Shown piece by piece: positions 39,001-54,000 of a stretch of 64,000 bases of DNA. This DNA comes from Lingula anatina (lineage: Eukaryota; Animalia; Brachiopoda): assembly GCA_051362555.1 (NCBI GenBank), contig JBPQGU010000016.1:3720001-3784000 (forward strand), given 5' to 3'. A program made the translations under genes and the position numbers. Position 1 is the first letter of the stretch, and each line of letters starts with the position of its first letter. Under the pieces are notes generated by a model. The model saw only the letters and a program-made list of their open reading frames with translations. It did no database searches and had not been told where the DNA came from.

Positions 39001-42000
39001 GGATCATCTTTAAAGCTAGAATTGGGGGCCTTGATGAAGTGACCCGGGCGCGTTTACACATTTTTTATGAATGACAGGTGTGGTAGATTGATTTTCGTCA
39101 CTTTTTGGAAAAATCGGAGACGGGTCGATTTTTGGTGATTTTGAACAGTGCCGGCACTGTGAGATTTCTTCAATTTTGGCCAGGTAGGGATGAAAATTTT
39201 TTTTTCTTCATTATAGTGTCAGGTAGGTGTAATCGGTCATTTGTAGTAAGAATAAAGTGCTGGAAGAGTGGTGGTGTCAACATTAAGGAAGAAATAGAGC
39301 AAAAACTCTCTCTCCCCCCCCCCTCTCAGATTCTGTTCTCAGAGCTTATTTTTGGATCATCTTTAAAGCTAGAATTGGGGGCCTTGATGAAGTGACCCGG
39401 GCGCGTTTACATATTTTTTATGAATGACAGGTGTGGTAGATTGATTTTCGTCACTTTTTGGAAAAATCGGAGACGGGTCGATTTTTGGTGATTTTGAGTG
39501 ATTTTGAACAGTGCCGGCACTGTGAGATTTCTTCAATTTTGGCCAGGTAGGGATGAAAATTTTTTTTCTTCATTATAGTGTCAGGTAGGTGTGTTCGGTC
39601 ATTTGTAGTAAGAATAAAGTGCTGGAAGAGTGGTGGAGTCAACATTAAGGAAGAAATAGAGCAAAAACTCTCTCTCCCCCCCTCCTCTCAGATTCTGTTC
39701 TCAGAGCTTATTTTTGGATCATCTTTAAAGCTAGAATTGGGGGCCTTGATGAAGTGACCCGGGCGCGTTTACACATTTTTTATGAATGACAGGTGTGGTA
39801 GATTGATTTTCGTCACTTTTTGGAAAAATCGGAGACGGGTCGATTTTTGGTGATTTTGAGTGATTTTGAACAGTGCCGGCACTGTGAGATTTCTTCAATT
39901 TTGGCCAGGTAGGGATGAAAATTTTTTTTCTTCATTATAGTGTCAGGTAGGTGTGTTCGGTCATTTGTAGTAAGAATAAAGTGCTGGAAGAGTGGTGGTG
40001 TCAACATTAAGGAAGAAATAGAGCAAAAACTCTCTCTCCCCCCCCCCCTCTCAGATTCTGTTCTCAGAGCTTATTTTTGGATCATCTTTAAAGCTAGAAT
40101 TGGGGGCCTTGATGAAGTGACCCGGGCGCGTTTACACATTTTTTATGAATGACAGGTGTGGTAGATTGATTTTCGTCACTTTTTGGAAAAATCGGAGACG
40201 GGTCGATTTTTGGTGATTTTGAGTGATTTTGAACAGTGCCGGCACTGTGAGATTTCTTCAATTTTGGCCAGGTAGGGATGAAAATTTTTTTTCTTCATTA
40301 TAGTGTCAGGTAGGTGTGTTCGGTCATTTGTAGTAAGAATAAAGTGCTGGAAGAGTGGTGGTGTCAACATTAAGGAAGAAATAGAGCAAAAACTCTCTCT
40401 CCCCCCCCCCCTCTCAGATTCTGTTCTCAGAGCTTATTTTTGGATCATCTTTAAAGCTAGAATTGGGGGCCTTGATGAAGTGACCCGGGCGCGTTTCCAC
40501 ATTTTTTATGAATGACAGGTGTGGTAGATTGATTTTCGTCACTTTTTGGAAAAATCGGAGACGGGTCGATTTTTGTTGATTTTGAGTGATTTTGAACACT
40601 GCCGGCACTGAGATTTCTTCAATTTTGGCCAAGTAGGGATGAAAATTTTTTTTCTTCATTATAGTGTCAGGTAGGTGTGTTCGGTCATTTGTAGTAAGAA
40701 TAAAGTGCTGGAAGAGTGGTGGTGTCAACATTAAGGAAGAAATATAGCAAAAACTCTCTCTCCCCCCACTCTCAGATTCTGTTCTCAGAGCTTATTTTTG
40801 GATCATCTTTAAAGCTAGAATTGGGGGCCTTGATGAAGTGACCCGGGCGCGTTTACACATTTTTTATGAATGACAGGTGTGGTAGATTGATTTTCGTCAC
40901 TTTTTGGAAAAATCGGAGACGGGTCGATTTTTGGTGATTTTGAGTGATTTTGAACAGTGCCGGCACTGTGAGATTTCTTCAATTTTGGCCAGGTAGGGAT
41001 GAAAATTTTTTTTCTTCATTATAGTGTCAGGTAGGTGTGTATGGTCATTTGTAGTAAGAATAAAGTGCTGGAAGAGTGGTGGTGTCAACATTAAGGAAGA
41101 AATAGAGCAAAAACTCTCTCTCCCCCCCCCCCTCTCAGATTCTGTTCTCAGAGCTTATTTTTGGATCATCTTTAAAGCTAGAATTGGGGGCCTTGATGAA
41201 GAGACCCGGGCGCGTTTACATATTTTTTATGAATGACAGGTGTGGTAGATTGATTTTCGTCACTTTTTGGAAAAATCGGAGACGGGTCGATTTTTGGTGA
41301 TTTTGAGTGATTTTGAACAGTGCCGGCACTGTGAGATTTCTTCAATTTTGGCCAGGTAGGGATGAAAATTTTTTTTCTTCATTATAGTGTCAGGTAGGTG
41401 TGTTCGGTCATTTGTAGTAAGAATAAAGTGCTGGAAGAGTGGTGGTGTCAACATTAAGGAAGAAATAGAGCAAAAACTATCTCTCCCCCCCCCTCTCAGA
41501 TTCTGTTCTCAGAGCTTATTTTTGGATCATCTTTAAAGCTAGAATTGGGGGCCTTGATGAAGTGACCCGGGCGCGTTTCCACATTTTTTATGAATGACAG
41601 GTGTGGTAGATTGATTTTCGTCACTTTTTGGAAAAATCGGAGACGGGTCGATTTTTGGTGATTTTGAGTGATTTTGAACACTGCCGGCACTGTGAGATTT
41701 CTTCAATTTTGGCCAGGTAGGGATGAAAATTTTTTTTCTTCATTATAGTGTCAGGTAGGTGTGTTCGGTCATTTGTAGTAAGAATAAAGTGCTGGAAGAG
41801 TGGTGGTGTCAACATTAAGGAAGAAATAGAGCAAAAACTCTCTCTCCCCCCCCCCTCTCAGATTCTCTTCTCAGAGCTTATTTTTGGATCATCTTTAAAG
41901 CTAGAATTGGGGGCCTTGATGAAGTGACCCGGGCGCGTTTACACATTTTTTATGAATGACAGGTGTGGTAGATTGATTTTCGTCACTTTTTGGAAAAATC

Positions 42001-45000
42001 GGAGACGGGTCGATTTTTGGTGATTTTGAGTGATTTTGAACAGTGCCGGCACTGTGAGATTTCTTCAATTTTGGCCAGGTAGGGATGAAAATTTTTTTTC
42101 TTCATTATAGTGTCAGGTAGGTGTGTTCGGTCATTTGTAGTAAGAATAAAGTGCTGGAAGAGTGGTGGTGTCAACATTAAGGAAGAAATAGAGCAAAAAC
42201 TCTCTCTCCCCCCACTCTCAGATTCTGTTCTCAGAGCTTATTTTTGGATCATCTTTAAAGCTAGAATTGGGGGCCTTGATGAAGTGACCCGGGCGCGTTT
42301 ACACATTTTTTATGAATGACAGGTGTGGTAGATTGATTTTCGTCACTTTTTGGAAAAATCGGAGACGGGTCGATTTTTGGTGATTTTGAGTGATTTTGAA
42401 CAGTGCCGGCACTGTGAGATTTCTTCAATTTTGGCCAGGTAGGGATGAAAATTTTTTTTCTTCATTATAGTGTCAGGTAGGTGTGTTCGGTCATTTGTAG
42501 TAAGAATAAAGTGCTGGAAGAGTGGTGGTGTCAACATTAAGGAAGAAATAGAGCAAAAACTCTCTCTCCCCCCCCCCTCTCAGATTCTGTTCTCAGAGCT
42601 TATTTTTGGATCATCTTTAAAGCTAGAATTGGGGGCCTTGATGAAGTGACCCGGGCGCGTTTCCACATTTTTTATGAATGACAGGTGTGGTAGATTGATT
42701 TTCGTCACTTTTTGGAAAAATCGGAGACGGGTCGATTTTTGGTGATTTTGAGTGATTTTGAACAGTGCCGGCACTGTGAGATTTCTTCAATTTTGGCCAG
42801 GTAGGGATGAAAATTTTTTTTCTTCATTATAGTGTCAGGTAGGTGTGTTCGGTCATTTGTAGTAAGAATAAAGTGCTGGAAGAGTGGTGGTGTCAACATT
42901 AAGGAAGAAATAGAGCAAAAACTCTCTCTCCCCCCCCTCTCAGATTCTGTTCTCAGAGCTTATTTTTGGATCATCTTTAAAGCTAGATTTGGGGGCCTTG
43001 ATGAAGTGACCCGGGCGCGTTTCCACATTTTTTATGAATGACAGGTGTGGTAGATTGATTTTGGTCACTTTTTGGAAAAATCGGAGACGGGTCGATTTTT
43101 GGTGATTTTGAGTGATTTTGAACAGTGCCGGCACTGTGAGATTTCTTCAATTTTGGCCAGGTAGGGATGAAAATTTTTTTTCTTCATTATAGTGTCAGGT
43201 AGGTGTGTTCGGTCATTTGTAGTAAGAATAAAGTGCTGGAAGAGTGGTGGTGTCAACATTAAGGAAGAAATGGAGCAAAAACCCTCTCTCTCCCCCCCCC
43301 CCTCTCAGATTCTGTTCTCAGAGCTTATTTTTGGATCATCTTTAAAGCTAGAATTGGGGGCCTTGATGAAGTGACCCGGGCGCGTTTCCACATTTTTTAT
43401 GAATGACAGGTGTGGTAGATTGATTTTCGTCACTTTTTGGAAAAATCGGAGACGGGTCGATTTTTGGTGATTTTGAGTGATTTTGAACAGTGCCGGCACT
43501 GTGAGATTTCTTCAATTTTGGCCAGGTAGGGATGAAAATTTTTTTTCTTCATTATAGTGTCAGGTAGGTGTGTTCGGTCATTTGTAGTAAGAATAAAGTG
43601 CTGGAAGAGTGGTGGTGTCAACATTAAGGAAGAAATAGAGCAAAAACTCTCTCTCCCCCCCCCCCCCTCTCAGATTCTGTTCTCAGAGCTTATTTTTGGA
43701 TCATCTTTAAAGCTAGAATTGGGGGCCTTGATGAAGTGACCCGGGCGCGTTTACACATTTTTTATGAATGACAGGTGTGGTAGATTGATTTTCGTCACTT
43801 TTTGGAAAAATCGGAGACGGGTCGATTTTTGGTGATTTTGAGTGATTTTGAACACTGCCGGCACTGTGAGATTTCTTCAATTTTGGCCAGGTAGGGATGA
43901 AAATTTTTTTTCTTCATTATAGTGTCAGGTAGGTGTGTATGGTCATTTGTAGTAAGAATAAAGTGCTGGAAGAGTGGTGGTGTCAACATTAAGGAAGAAA
44001 TAGAGCAAAAACTCTCTCTCCCCCCCCCCCTCTCAGATTCTGTTCTCAGAGCTTATTTTTGGATCATCTTTAAAGCTAGAATTGGGGGCCTTGATGAAGT
44101 GACCCGGGCGCGTTTACATATTTTTTATGAATGACAGGTGTGGTAGATTGATTTTCGTCACTTTTTGGAAAAATCGGAGACGGGTCGATTTTTGGTGATT
44201 TTGAGTGATTTTGAACAGTGCCGGCACTGTGAGATTTCTTCAATTTTGGCCAGGTAGGGATGAAAATTTTTTTTCTTCATTATAGTGTCAGGTAGGTGTG
44301 TTCGGTCATTTGTAGTAAGAATAAAGTGCTGGAAGAGTGGTGGTGTCAACATTAAGGAAGAAATAGAGCAAAAACTCTCTCTCCCCCCCCTCTCAGATTC
44401 TGTTCTCAGAGCTTATTTTTGGATCATCTTTAAAGCTAGAATTGGGGGCCTTGATGAAGTGACCCGGGCGCGTTTACACATTTTTTATGAATGACAGGTG
44501 TGGTAGATTGATTTTCGTCACTTTTTGGAAAAATCGGAGACGGGTCGATTTTTGGTGATTTTGAGTGATTTTGAACAGTGCCGGCACTGTGAGATTTCTT
44601 CAATTTTGGCCAGGTAGGGATGAAAATTTTTTTTCTTCATTATAGTGTCAGGTAGGTGTGTTCGGTCATTTGTAGTAAGAATAAAGTGCTGGAAGAGTGG
44701 TGGTGTCAACATTAAGGAAGAAATAGAGCAAAAACTCTCTCTCCCCCCCCCCCCCCTCTCAGATTCTGTTCTCAGAGCTTATTTTTGGATCATCTTTAAA
44801 GCTAGAATTGGGGGCCTTGATGAAGTGACCCGGGCGCGTTTACACATTTTTTATGAATGACAGGTGTGGTAGATTGATTTTCGTCACTTTTTGGAAAAAT
44901 CGGAGACGGGTCGATTTTTGGTGATTTTGAGTGATTTTGAACACTGCCGGCACTGTGAGATTTCTTCAATTTTGGCCAGGTAGGGATGAAAATTTTTTTT

Positions 45001-48000
45001 CTTCATTATAGTGTCAGGTAGGTGTGTATGGTCATTTGTAGTAAGAATAAAGTGCTGGAAGAGTGGTGGTGTCAACATTAAGGAAGAAATAGAGCAAAAA
45101 CTCTCTCTCCCCCCCCCCCCTCTCAGATTCTGTTCTCAGAGCTTATTTTTGGATCATCTTTAAAGCTAGAATTGGGGGCCTTGATGAAGTGACCCGGGCG
45201 CGTTTACATATTTTTTATGAATGACAGGTGTGGTAGATTGATTTTCGTCACTTTTTGGAAAAATCGGAGACGGGTCGATTTTTGGTGATTTTGAGTGATT
45301 TTGAACAGTGCCGGCACTGTGAGATTTCTTCAATTTTGGCCAGGTAGGGATGAAAATTTTTTTTCTTCATTATAGTGTCAGGTAGGTGTGTTCGGTCATT
45401 TGTAGTAAGAATAAAGTGCTGGAAGAGTGGTGGTGTCAACATTAAGGAAGAAATAGAGCAAAAACTCTCTCTCCCCCCCCTCTCAGATTCTGTTCTCAGA
45501 GCTTATTTTTGGATCATCTTTAAAGCTAGAATTGGGGGCCTTGATGAAGTGACCCGGGCGCGTTTCCACATTTTTTATGAATAACAGGTGTGGTAGATTG
45601 ATTTTCGTCACTTTTTGGAAAAATCGGAGACGGGTCGATTTTTGGTGATTTTGAGTGATTTTGAACAGTGCCGGCACTGTGAGATTTCTTCAATTTTGGC
45701 CAGGTAGGGATGAAAATTTTTTTTCTTCATTATAGTGTCAGGTAGGTGTGTTCGGTCATTTGTAGTAAGAATAAAGTGCCGGAAGAGTGGTGGTGTCAAC
45801 ATTAAGGAAGAAATGGAGCAAAAACCCTCTCTCTCCCCCCCCCCCCCTCTCAGATTCTGTTCTCAGAGCTTATTTTTGGATCATCTTTAAAGCTAGAATT
45901 GGGGGCCTTGATGAAGTGACCCGGGCGCGTTTCCACATTTTTTATGAATGACAGGTGTGGTAGATTGATTTTCGTCACTTTTTGGAAAAATCGGAGACGG
46001 GTCGATTTTTGGTGATTTTGAGTGATTTTGAACAGTGCCAGCACTGTGAGATTTCTTCAATTTTGGCCAGGTAGGGATGAAAATTTTTTTTCTTCATTAT
46101 AGTGTCAGGTAGGTGTGTTCGGTCATTTGTAGTAAGAATAAAGTGCTGGAAGAGTGGTGGTGTCAACATTAAGGAAGAAATAGAGCAAAAACTCTCTCTC
46201 CCCCCCCCCCTCTCAGATTCTGTTCTCAGAGCTTATTTTTGGATCATCTTTAAAGCTAGAATTGGGGGCCTTGATGAAGTGACCCGGGCGCGTTTACACA
46301 TTTTTTATGAATGACAGGTGTGGTAGATTGATTTTCGTCACTTTTTGGAAAAATCGGAGACGGGTCGATTTTTGGTGATTTTGAGTGATTTTGAACAGTG
46401 CCGGCACTGTGAGATTTCTTCAATTTTGGCCAGGTAGGGATGAAAATTTTTTTTCTTCATTATAGTGTCAGGTAGGTGTGTATGGTCATTTGTAGTAAGA
46501 ATAAAGTGCTGGAAGAGTGGTGGTGTCAACATTAAGGAAGAAATAGAGCAAAAACTCTCTCTCCCCCCCCCCCTCTCAGATTCTGTTCTCAGAGCTTATT
46601 TTTGGATCATCTTTAAAGCTAGAATTGGGGGCCTTGATGAAGTGACCCGGGCGCGTTTACATATTTTTTATGAATGACAGGTGTGGTAGATTGATTTTCG
46701 TCACTTTTTGGAAAAATCGGAGACGGGTCGATTTTTGGTGATTTTGAGTGATTTTGAACAGTGCCGGCACTGTGAGATTTCTTCAATTTTTGCCAGGTAG
46801 GGATGAAAATTCTTTTTTCTTCATTATAGTGTCAGGTAGGTGTGTTCGGTCATTTGTAGTAAGAATAAAGTGCTGGAAGAGTGGTGGTGTCAACATTAAG
46901 GAAGAAATAGAGCAAAAACTCTCTCTCCCCCCCTCCTCTCAGATTCTGTTCTCAGAGCTTATTTTTGGATCATCTTTAAAGCTAGAATTGGGGGCCTTGA
47001 TGAAGTGACCCGGGCGCGTTTCCACATTTTTTATGAATGACAGGTGTGGTAGATTGATTTTCGTCACTTTTTGGAAAAATCGGAGACGGGTCGATTTTTG
47101 GTGATTTTGAGTGATTTTGAACAGTGCCGGCACTGTGAGATTTCTTCAATTTTGGCCAGGTAGGGATGAAAATTTTTTTTCTTCATTATAGTGTCAGGTA
47201 GGTGTGTTCGGTCATTTGTAGTAAGAATAAAGTGCTGGAAGAGTGGTGGTGTCAACATTAAGGAAGAAATAGAGCAAAAACTCTCTCTCCCCCCCCCCCC
47301 CCCCTCTCAGATTCTGTTCTCAGAGCTTATTTTTGGATCATCCTTAAAGCTAGAATTGGGGGTCTTGATGAAGTGACCCGGGCGCGTTTCCACATTTTTT
47401 ATGAATGACAGGTGTGGTAGATTGATTTTCGTCACTTTTTGGAAAAATCGGAGACGGGTCGATTTTTGGTGATTTTGAGTGATTTTGAACAGTGCCGGCA
47501 CTGTGAGATTTCTTCAATTTTGGCCAGGTAGGGATGAAAATTTTTTTTCTTCATTATAGTGTCAGGTAGGTGTGTTCGGTCATTTGTAGTAAGAATAAAG
47601 TGCTGGAAGAGTGGTGGTGTCAACATTAAGGAAGAAATAGAGCAAAAACTCTCTCTCCCCCCCCCCCCCCTCTCAGATTCTGTTCTCAGAGCTTATTTTT
47701 GGATCATCTTTAAAGCTAGAATTGGGGGCCTTGATGAAGTGACCCGGGCGCGTTTACACATTTTTTATGAATGACAGGTGTGGTAGATTGATTTTCGTCA
47801 CTTTTTGGAAAAATCGGAGACGGGTCGATTTTTGGTGATTTTGAGTGATTTTGAACAGTGCCGGCACTGTGAGATTTCTTCAATTTTGGCCAGGTAGGGA
47901 TGAAAATTTTTTTTCTTCATTATAGTGTCAGGTAGGTGTGTATGGTCATTTGTAGTAAGAATAAAGTGCTGGAAGAGTGGTGGTGTCAACATTAAGGAAG

Positions 48001-51000
48001 AAATAGAGCAAAAACTCTCTCTCCCCCCCCCCCCTCAGATTCTGTTCTCAGAGCTTATTTTTGGATCATCTTTAAAGCTAGAATTGGGGGCCTTGATGAA
48101 GTGACCCGGGCGCGTTTACATATTTTTTATGAATGACAGGTGTGGTAGATTGATTTTCGTCACTTTTTGGAAAAATCGGAGACGGGTCGATTTTTGGTGA
48201 TTTTGAGTGATTTTGAACAGTGCCGGCACTGTGAGATTTCTTCAATTTTTGCCAGGTAGGGATGAAAATTCTTTTTTCTTCATTATAGTGTCAGGTAGGT
48301 GTGTTCGGTCATTTGTAGTAAGAATAAAGTGCTGGAAGAGTGGTGGTGTCAACATTAAGGAAGAAATAGAGCAAAAACTCTCTCCCCCCCTCCTCTCAGA
48401 TTCTGTTCTCAGAGCTTATTTTTGGATCATCTTTAAAGCTAGAATTGGGGGCCTTGATGAAGTGACCCGGGCGCGTTTCCACATTTTTTATGAATGACAG
48501 GTGTGGTAGATTGATTTTCGTCACTTTTTGGAAAAATCGGAGACGGGTCGATTTTTGGTGATTTTGAGTGATTTTGAACAGTGCCGGCACTGTGAGATTT
48601 CTTCAATTTTGGCCAGGTAGGGATGAAAATTTTTTTTCTTCATTATAGTGTCAGGTAGGTGTGTTCGGTCATTTGTAGTAAGAATAAAGTGCTGGAAGAG
48701 TGGTGGTGTCAACATTAAGGAAGAAATAGAGCAAAAACTCTCTCTCCCCCCCCTCTCAGATTCTGTTCTCAGAGCTTATTTTTGGATCATCTTTAAAGCT
48801 AGAATTGGGGGCCTTGATGAAGTGACCCGGGCGCGTTTCCACATTTTTTATGAATGACAGGTGTGGTAGATTGATTTTCGTCACTTTTTGGAAAAATCGG
48901 AGACGGGTCGATTTTTGGTGATTTTGAGTGATTTTGAACAGTGCCGGCACTGTGAGATTTCTTCAATTTTGGCCAGGTAGGGATGAAAATTTTTTTTCTT
49001 CATTATAGTGTCAGGTAGGTGTGTTCGGTCATTTGTAGTAAGAATAAAGTGCTGGAAGAGTGGTGGTGTCAACATTAAGGAAGAAATAGAGCAAAAACTC
49101 TCTCTCCCCCCCCTTCTCAGATTCTGTTCTCAGAGCTTATTTTTGGATCATCTTTAAAGCTAGAATTGGGGGCCTTGATGAAGTGACCCGGGCGCGTTTA
49201 CACATTTTTTATAAATGACAGGTGTGGTAGATTGATTTTCGTCACTTTTTGGAAAAATCGGAGACGGGTCGATTTTTGGTGATTTTGAGTGATTTTGAAC
49301 AGTGCCGGCACTGTGAGATTTCTTCAGTTTTGGCCAGGTAGGGATGAAAATTTTTTTTCTTCATTATAGTGTCAGGTAAGTGTGTTCGGTCATTTGTAGT
49401 AAGAATAAAGTGCTGGAAGAGTGGTGGTGTCAACATTAAGGAAGAAATAGAGCAAAAACTCTCTCTCCCCCCCCCCCTCTCAGATTCTGTTCTCAGAGCT
49501 TATTTTTGGATCATCTTTAAAGCTAGAATTGGGGGCCTTGATGAAGTGACCCGGGCGCGTTTACACATTTTTTATGAATGACAGGTGTGGTAGATTGATT
49601 TTCGTCACTTTTTGGAAAAATCGGAGACGGGTCGATTTTTGGTGATTTTGAGTGATTTTGAACAGTGCCGGCACTGTGAGATTTCTTCAATTTTGGCCAG
49701 GTAGGGATGAAAATTTTTTTTCTTCATTATAGTGTCAGGTAAGTGTGTTCGGTCATTTGTAGTAAGAATAAAGTGCTGGAAGAGTGGTGGTGTCAACATT
49801 AAGGAAGAAATAGAGCAAAAACTCTCTCTCCCCCCCCCTCTCAGATTCTGTTCTCAGAGCTTATTTTTGGATCATCTTTAAAGCTAGAATTGGGGGCCTT
49901 GATGAAGTGACCCGGGCGCGTTTACACATTTTTTATGAATGACAGGTGTGGTAGATTGATTTTCGTCACTTTTTGGAAAAATCGGAGACGGGTCGATTTT
50001 TGGTGATTTTGAGTGATTTTGAACAGTGCCGACACTGTGAGATTTCTTCAATTTTGGCCAGGTAGGGATGAAAATTTTTTTTCTTCATTATAGTGTCAGG
50101 TAGGTGTGTTCGGTCATTTGTAGTAAGAATAAAGTGCTGGAAGAGTGGTGGTGTCAACATTAAGGAAGAAATATTGCAAAAACTCTCTCTCCCCCCCCCC
50201 TCTCAGATTCTGTTCTCAGAGCTTATTTTTGGATCATCTTTAAAGCTAGAATTGGGGGCCTTGATGAAGTGACCCGGGCGCGTTTCCACATTTTTTATGA
50301 ATGACAGGTGTGGTAGATTGATTTTCGTCACTTTTTGGAAAAATCGGAGACGGGTCGATTTTTGGTGATTTTGAGTGATTTTGAACAGTGCCGACACTGT
50401 GAGATTTCTTCAATTTTGGCCAGGTAGGGATGAAAATTTTTTTTCTTCATTATAGTGTCAGGTAGGTGTGTTCGGTCATTTGTAGTAAGAATAAAGTGCT
50501 GGAAGAGTGGTGGTGTCAACATTAAGGAAGAAATAGAGCAAAAACTCTCTCCCCCCCCCCCCCTCTCAGATTCTGTTCTCAGAGCTTATTTTTGGATCAT
50601 CTTTAAAGCTAGAATTGGGGGCCTTGATGAAGTGACCCGGGCGCGTTTACACATTTTTTATGAATGACAGGTGTGGTAGATTGATTTTCGTCACTTTTTG
50701 GAAAAATCGGAGACGGGTCGATTTTTGGTGATTTTGAGTGATTTTGAACAGTGCCGGCACTGTGAGATTTCTTCAATTTTGGCCAGGTAGGGATGAAAAT
50801 TTTTTTTCTTCATTATAGTGTCAGGTAGGTGTGTTCGGTCATTTGTAGTAAGAATAAAGTGCTGGAAGAGTGGTGGTGTCAACATTAAGGAAGAAATAGA
50901 GCAAAAACTCTCTCTCCCCCCCCCCCCTCTCAGATTCTGTTCTCAGAGCTTATTTTTGGATCATCTTTAAAGCTAGAATTGGGGGCCTTGATGAAGTGAC

Positions 51001-54000
51001 CCGGGCGCGTTTACACATTTTTTATGAATGACAGGTGTGGTAGATTGATTTTCGTCACTTTTTGGAAAAATCGGAGACGGGTCGATTTTTGGTGATTTTG
51101 AGTGATTTTGAACAGTGCCGGCACTGTGAGATTTCTTCAATTTTGGCCAGGTAGGGATGAAAATTTTTTTTCTTCATTATAGTGTCAGGTAGGTGTGTTC
51201 GGTCATTTGTAGTAAGAATAAAGTGCTGGAAGAGTGGTGGTGTCAACATTAAGGAAGAAATAGAGCAAAAACTCTCTCTCCCCCCCCCCCCTCTCAGATT
51301 CTGTTCTCAGAGCTTATTTTTGGATCATCTTTAAAGCTAGAATTGGGGGCCTTGATGAAGTGACCCGGGCGCGTTTACACATTTTTTATGAATGACAGGT
51401 GTGGTAGATTGATTTTCGTCACTTTTTGGAAAAATCGGAGACGGGTCGATTTTTGGTGATTTTGAGTGATTTTGAACAGTGCCAGCACTGTGAGATTTCT
51501 TCAATTTTGGCCAGGTAGGGATGAAAATTTTTTTTCTTCATTATAGTGTCAGGTAGGTGTGTTCGGTCATTTGTAGTAAGAATAAAGTGCTGGAAGAGTG
51601 GTGGTGTCAACATTAAGGAAGAAATAGAGCAAAAACTCTGTCTCTCCCCCCCCCCCTCTCAGATTCTGTTCTCAGAGCTTATTTTTGGATCATCTTTAAA
51701 GCTAGAATTGGGGGCCTTGATGAAGTGACCTGGGTGCGTTTCCACATTTTTTATGAATAACAGGTGTGGTAGATTGATTTTCGTCACTTTTTGGAAAAAT
51801 CGGAGACGGGTCGATTTTTGGTGATTTTGAGTGATTTTGAACAGTGCCGGCACTGTGAGATTTCTTCAATTTTGGCCAGGTAGGGATGAAAATTTTTTTT
51901 CTTCATTATAGTGTCAGGTAGGTGTGTTCGGTCATTTGTAGTAAGAATAAAGTGCTGGAAGAGTGGTGGTGTCAACATTAAGGAAGAAATGGAGCAAAAA
52001 CCCTCTCTCTCCCCCCCCCCCCTCTCAGATTCTGTTCTCAGAGCTTATTTTTGGATCATCTTTAAAGCTAGAATTGGGGGCCTTGATGAAGTGACCCGGG
52101 TGCGTTTCCACATTTTTTATGAATGACAGGTGTGGTAGATTGATTTTCGTCACTTTTTGGAAAACTCGGAGATTTTGGTGATTTTGAGTGATTTTGAACA
52201 GCGCCGGCACTGTGAGATTTCTTCAATTTTGGCCAGGTAGGGATGAAAATTTTTTTTCTTCATTATAGTGTCAGGTAGGTGTGTTCGGTCATTTGTAGTA
52301 AGAATAAAGTGCTGGAAGAGTGGTGGTGTCAACATTAAGGAAGAAATAGAGCAAAAACTCTCTCTCCCCCCCCTCTCAGATTCTGTTCTCAGAGCTTATT
52401 TTTGGATCATCTTTAAAGCTAGAATTGGGGGCCTTGATGAAGTGACCCGGGTGCGTTTCCACATTTTTTATGAATGACAGGTGTGGTAGATTGATTTTCG
52501 TTACTTTTTGGAAAACTCGGAGACGGGTCGATTTTTGGTGATTTTGAGTGATTTTGAACAGTGCCGGCACTGTGAGATTTCTTCAATTTTGGCCAGGTAG
52601 GGATGAAAATTTTTTTTCTTCATTATAGTGTCAGGTAGGTGTGTTCGGTCATTTGTAGTAAGAATAAAGTGCTGGAAGAGTGGTGGTGTCAACATTAAGG
52701 AAGAAATAGAGCAAAAACTCTCCCCCCCCCCTCTCAGATTCTGTTCTCAGAGCTTATTTTTGGATCATCTTTAAAGCTAGAATTGGGGGCCTTGATGAAG
52801 TGACCCGGGCGCGTTTCCACATTTTTTATGAATGACAGGTGTGGTAGATTGATTTTCGTCACTTTTTGGAAAAATCGGAGACGGGTCGATTTTTGGTGAT
52901 TTTGAGTGATTTTGAACAGTGCCGGCACTGTGAGATTTCTTCAATTTTGGCCAGGTAGGGATGAAAATTTTTTTTCTTCATTATAGTGTCAGGTAGGTGT
53001 GTTCGGTCATTTGTAGTAAGAATTAAGTGCTGGAAGAGTGGTGGTGTCAACATTAAGGAAGAAATAGAGCAAAAACTCTCTCTCCCCCCCCCCTCTCAGA
53101 TTCTGTTCTCAGTGCTTATTTTTGGATCATCTTTAAAGCTAGAATTGGGGGCCTTGATGAAGTGACCCGGGTGCGTTTCCACATTTTTTTATTAATGACA
53201 GGTGTGGTAGATTGATTTTCGTCACTTTTTGGAAAAATCGGAGACGGGTCGATTTTTGGTGATTTTGAGTGATTTTGAACAGTGCCGGCACTGTGAGATT
53301 TCTTCAATTTTGGCCAGGTAGGGATGAAAATTTTTTTTCTTCATTATAGTGTCAGGTAGGTGTGTTCGGTCATTTGTAGTAAGAATAAAATGCTGGAAGA
53401 GTGGTGGTGTCAACATTAAGGAAGAAATAGAGCAAAAACTCTCTCCCCCCCCCCCTCAGATTCTGTTCTCAGTGCTTATTTTTGGATCATCTTTAAAGCT
53501 AGAATTGGGGGCCTTGATGAAGTGACCCAGGTGCGTTTCCACATTTTTTATGAATGACAGGTGTGGTAGATTGATTTTCGTCACTTTCTGGAAAAATCGG
53601 AGACGGGTCGATTTTTGGTGATTTTGAGTGATTTTGTTCAGTGCCGGCACTGTGAGATTTCTTCAATTTTGGCCAGGTAGGGATGAATTTTTTTTTTCTT
53701 CATTATAGTGTCAGGTAGGTGTGTTTGGTCATTTGTACTAAGAATAAAGTGCTGGAAGAGTGGTGGTGTCAACATTAAGGAAGACATAGAACAAAAACTC
53801 TCTCTCCCCCCATCTCCGATTCTGATCTCGGAGCTTATTTCGGGATCATCTTTAAAGATAGAATTGGGCGCCTTGATGAAGTGACCCGGGCGTATTTCCA
53901 CATTTTTTATTAATGATAGGTGTGATAGATTGATTTTCATGACATTTTTTTTTTTATTTTGAGTGATTTTCATAAGTGCCAGCCATGTGAGATTTCTTCA

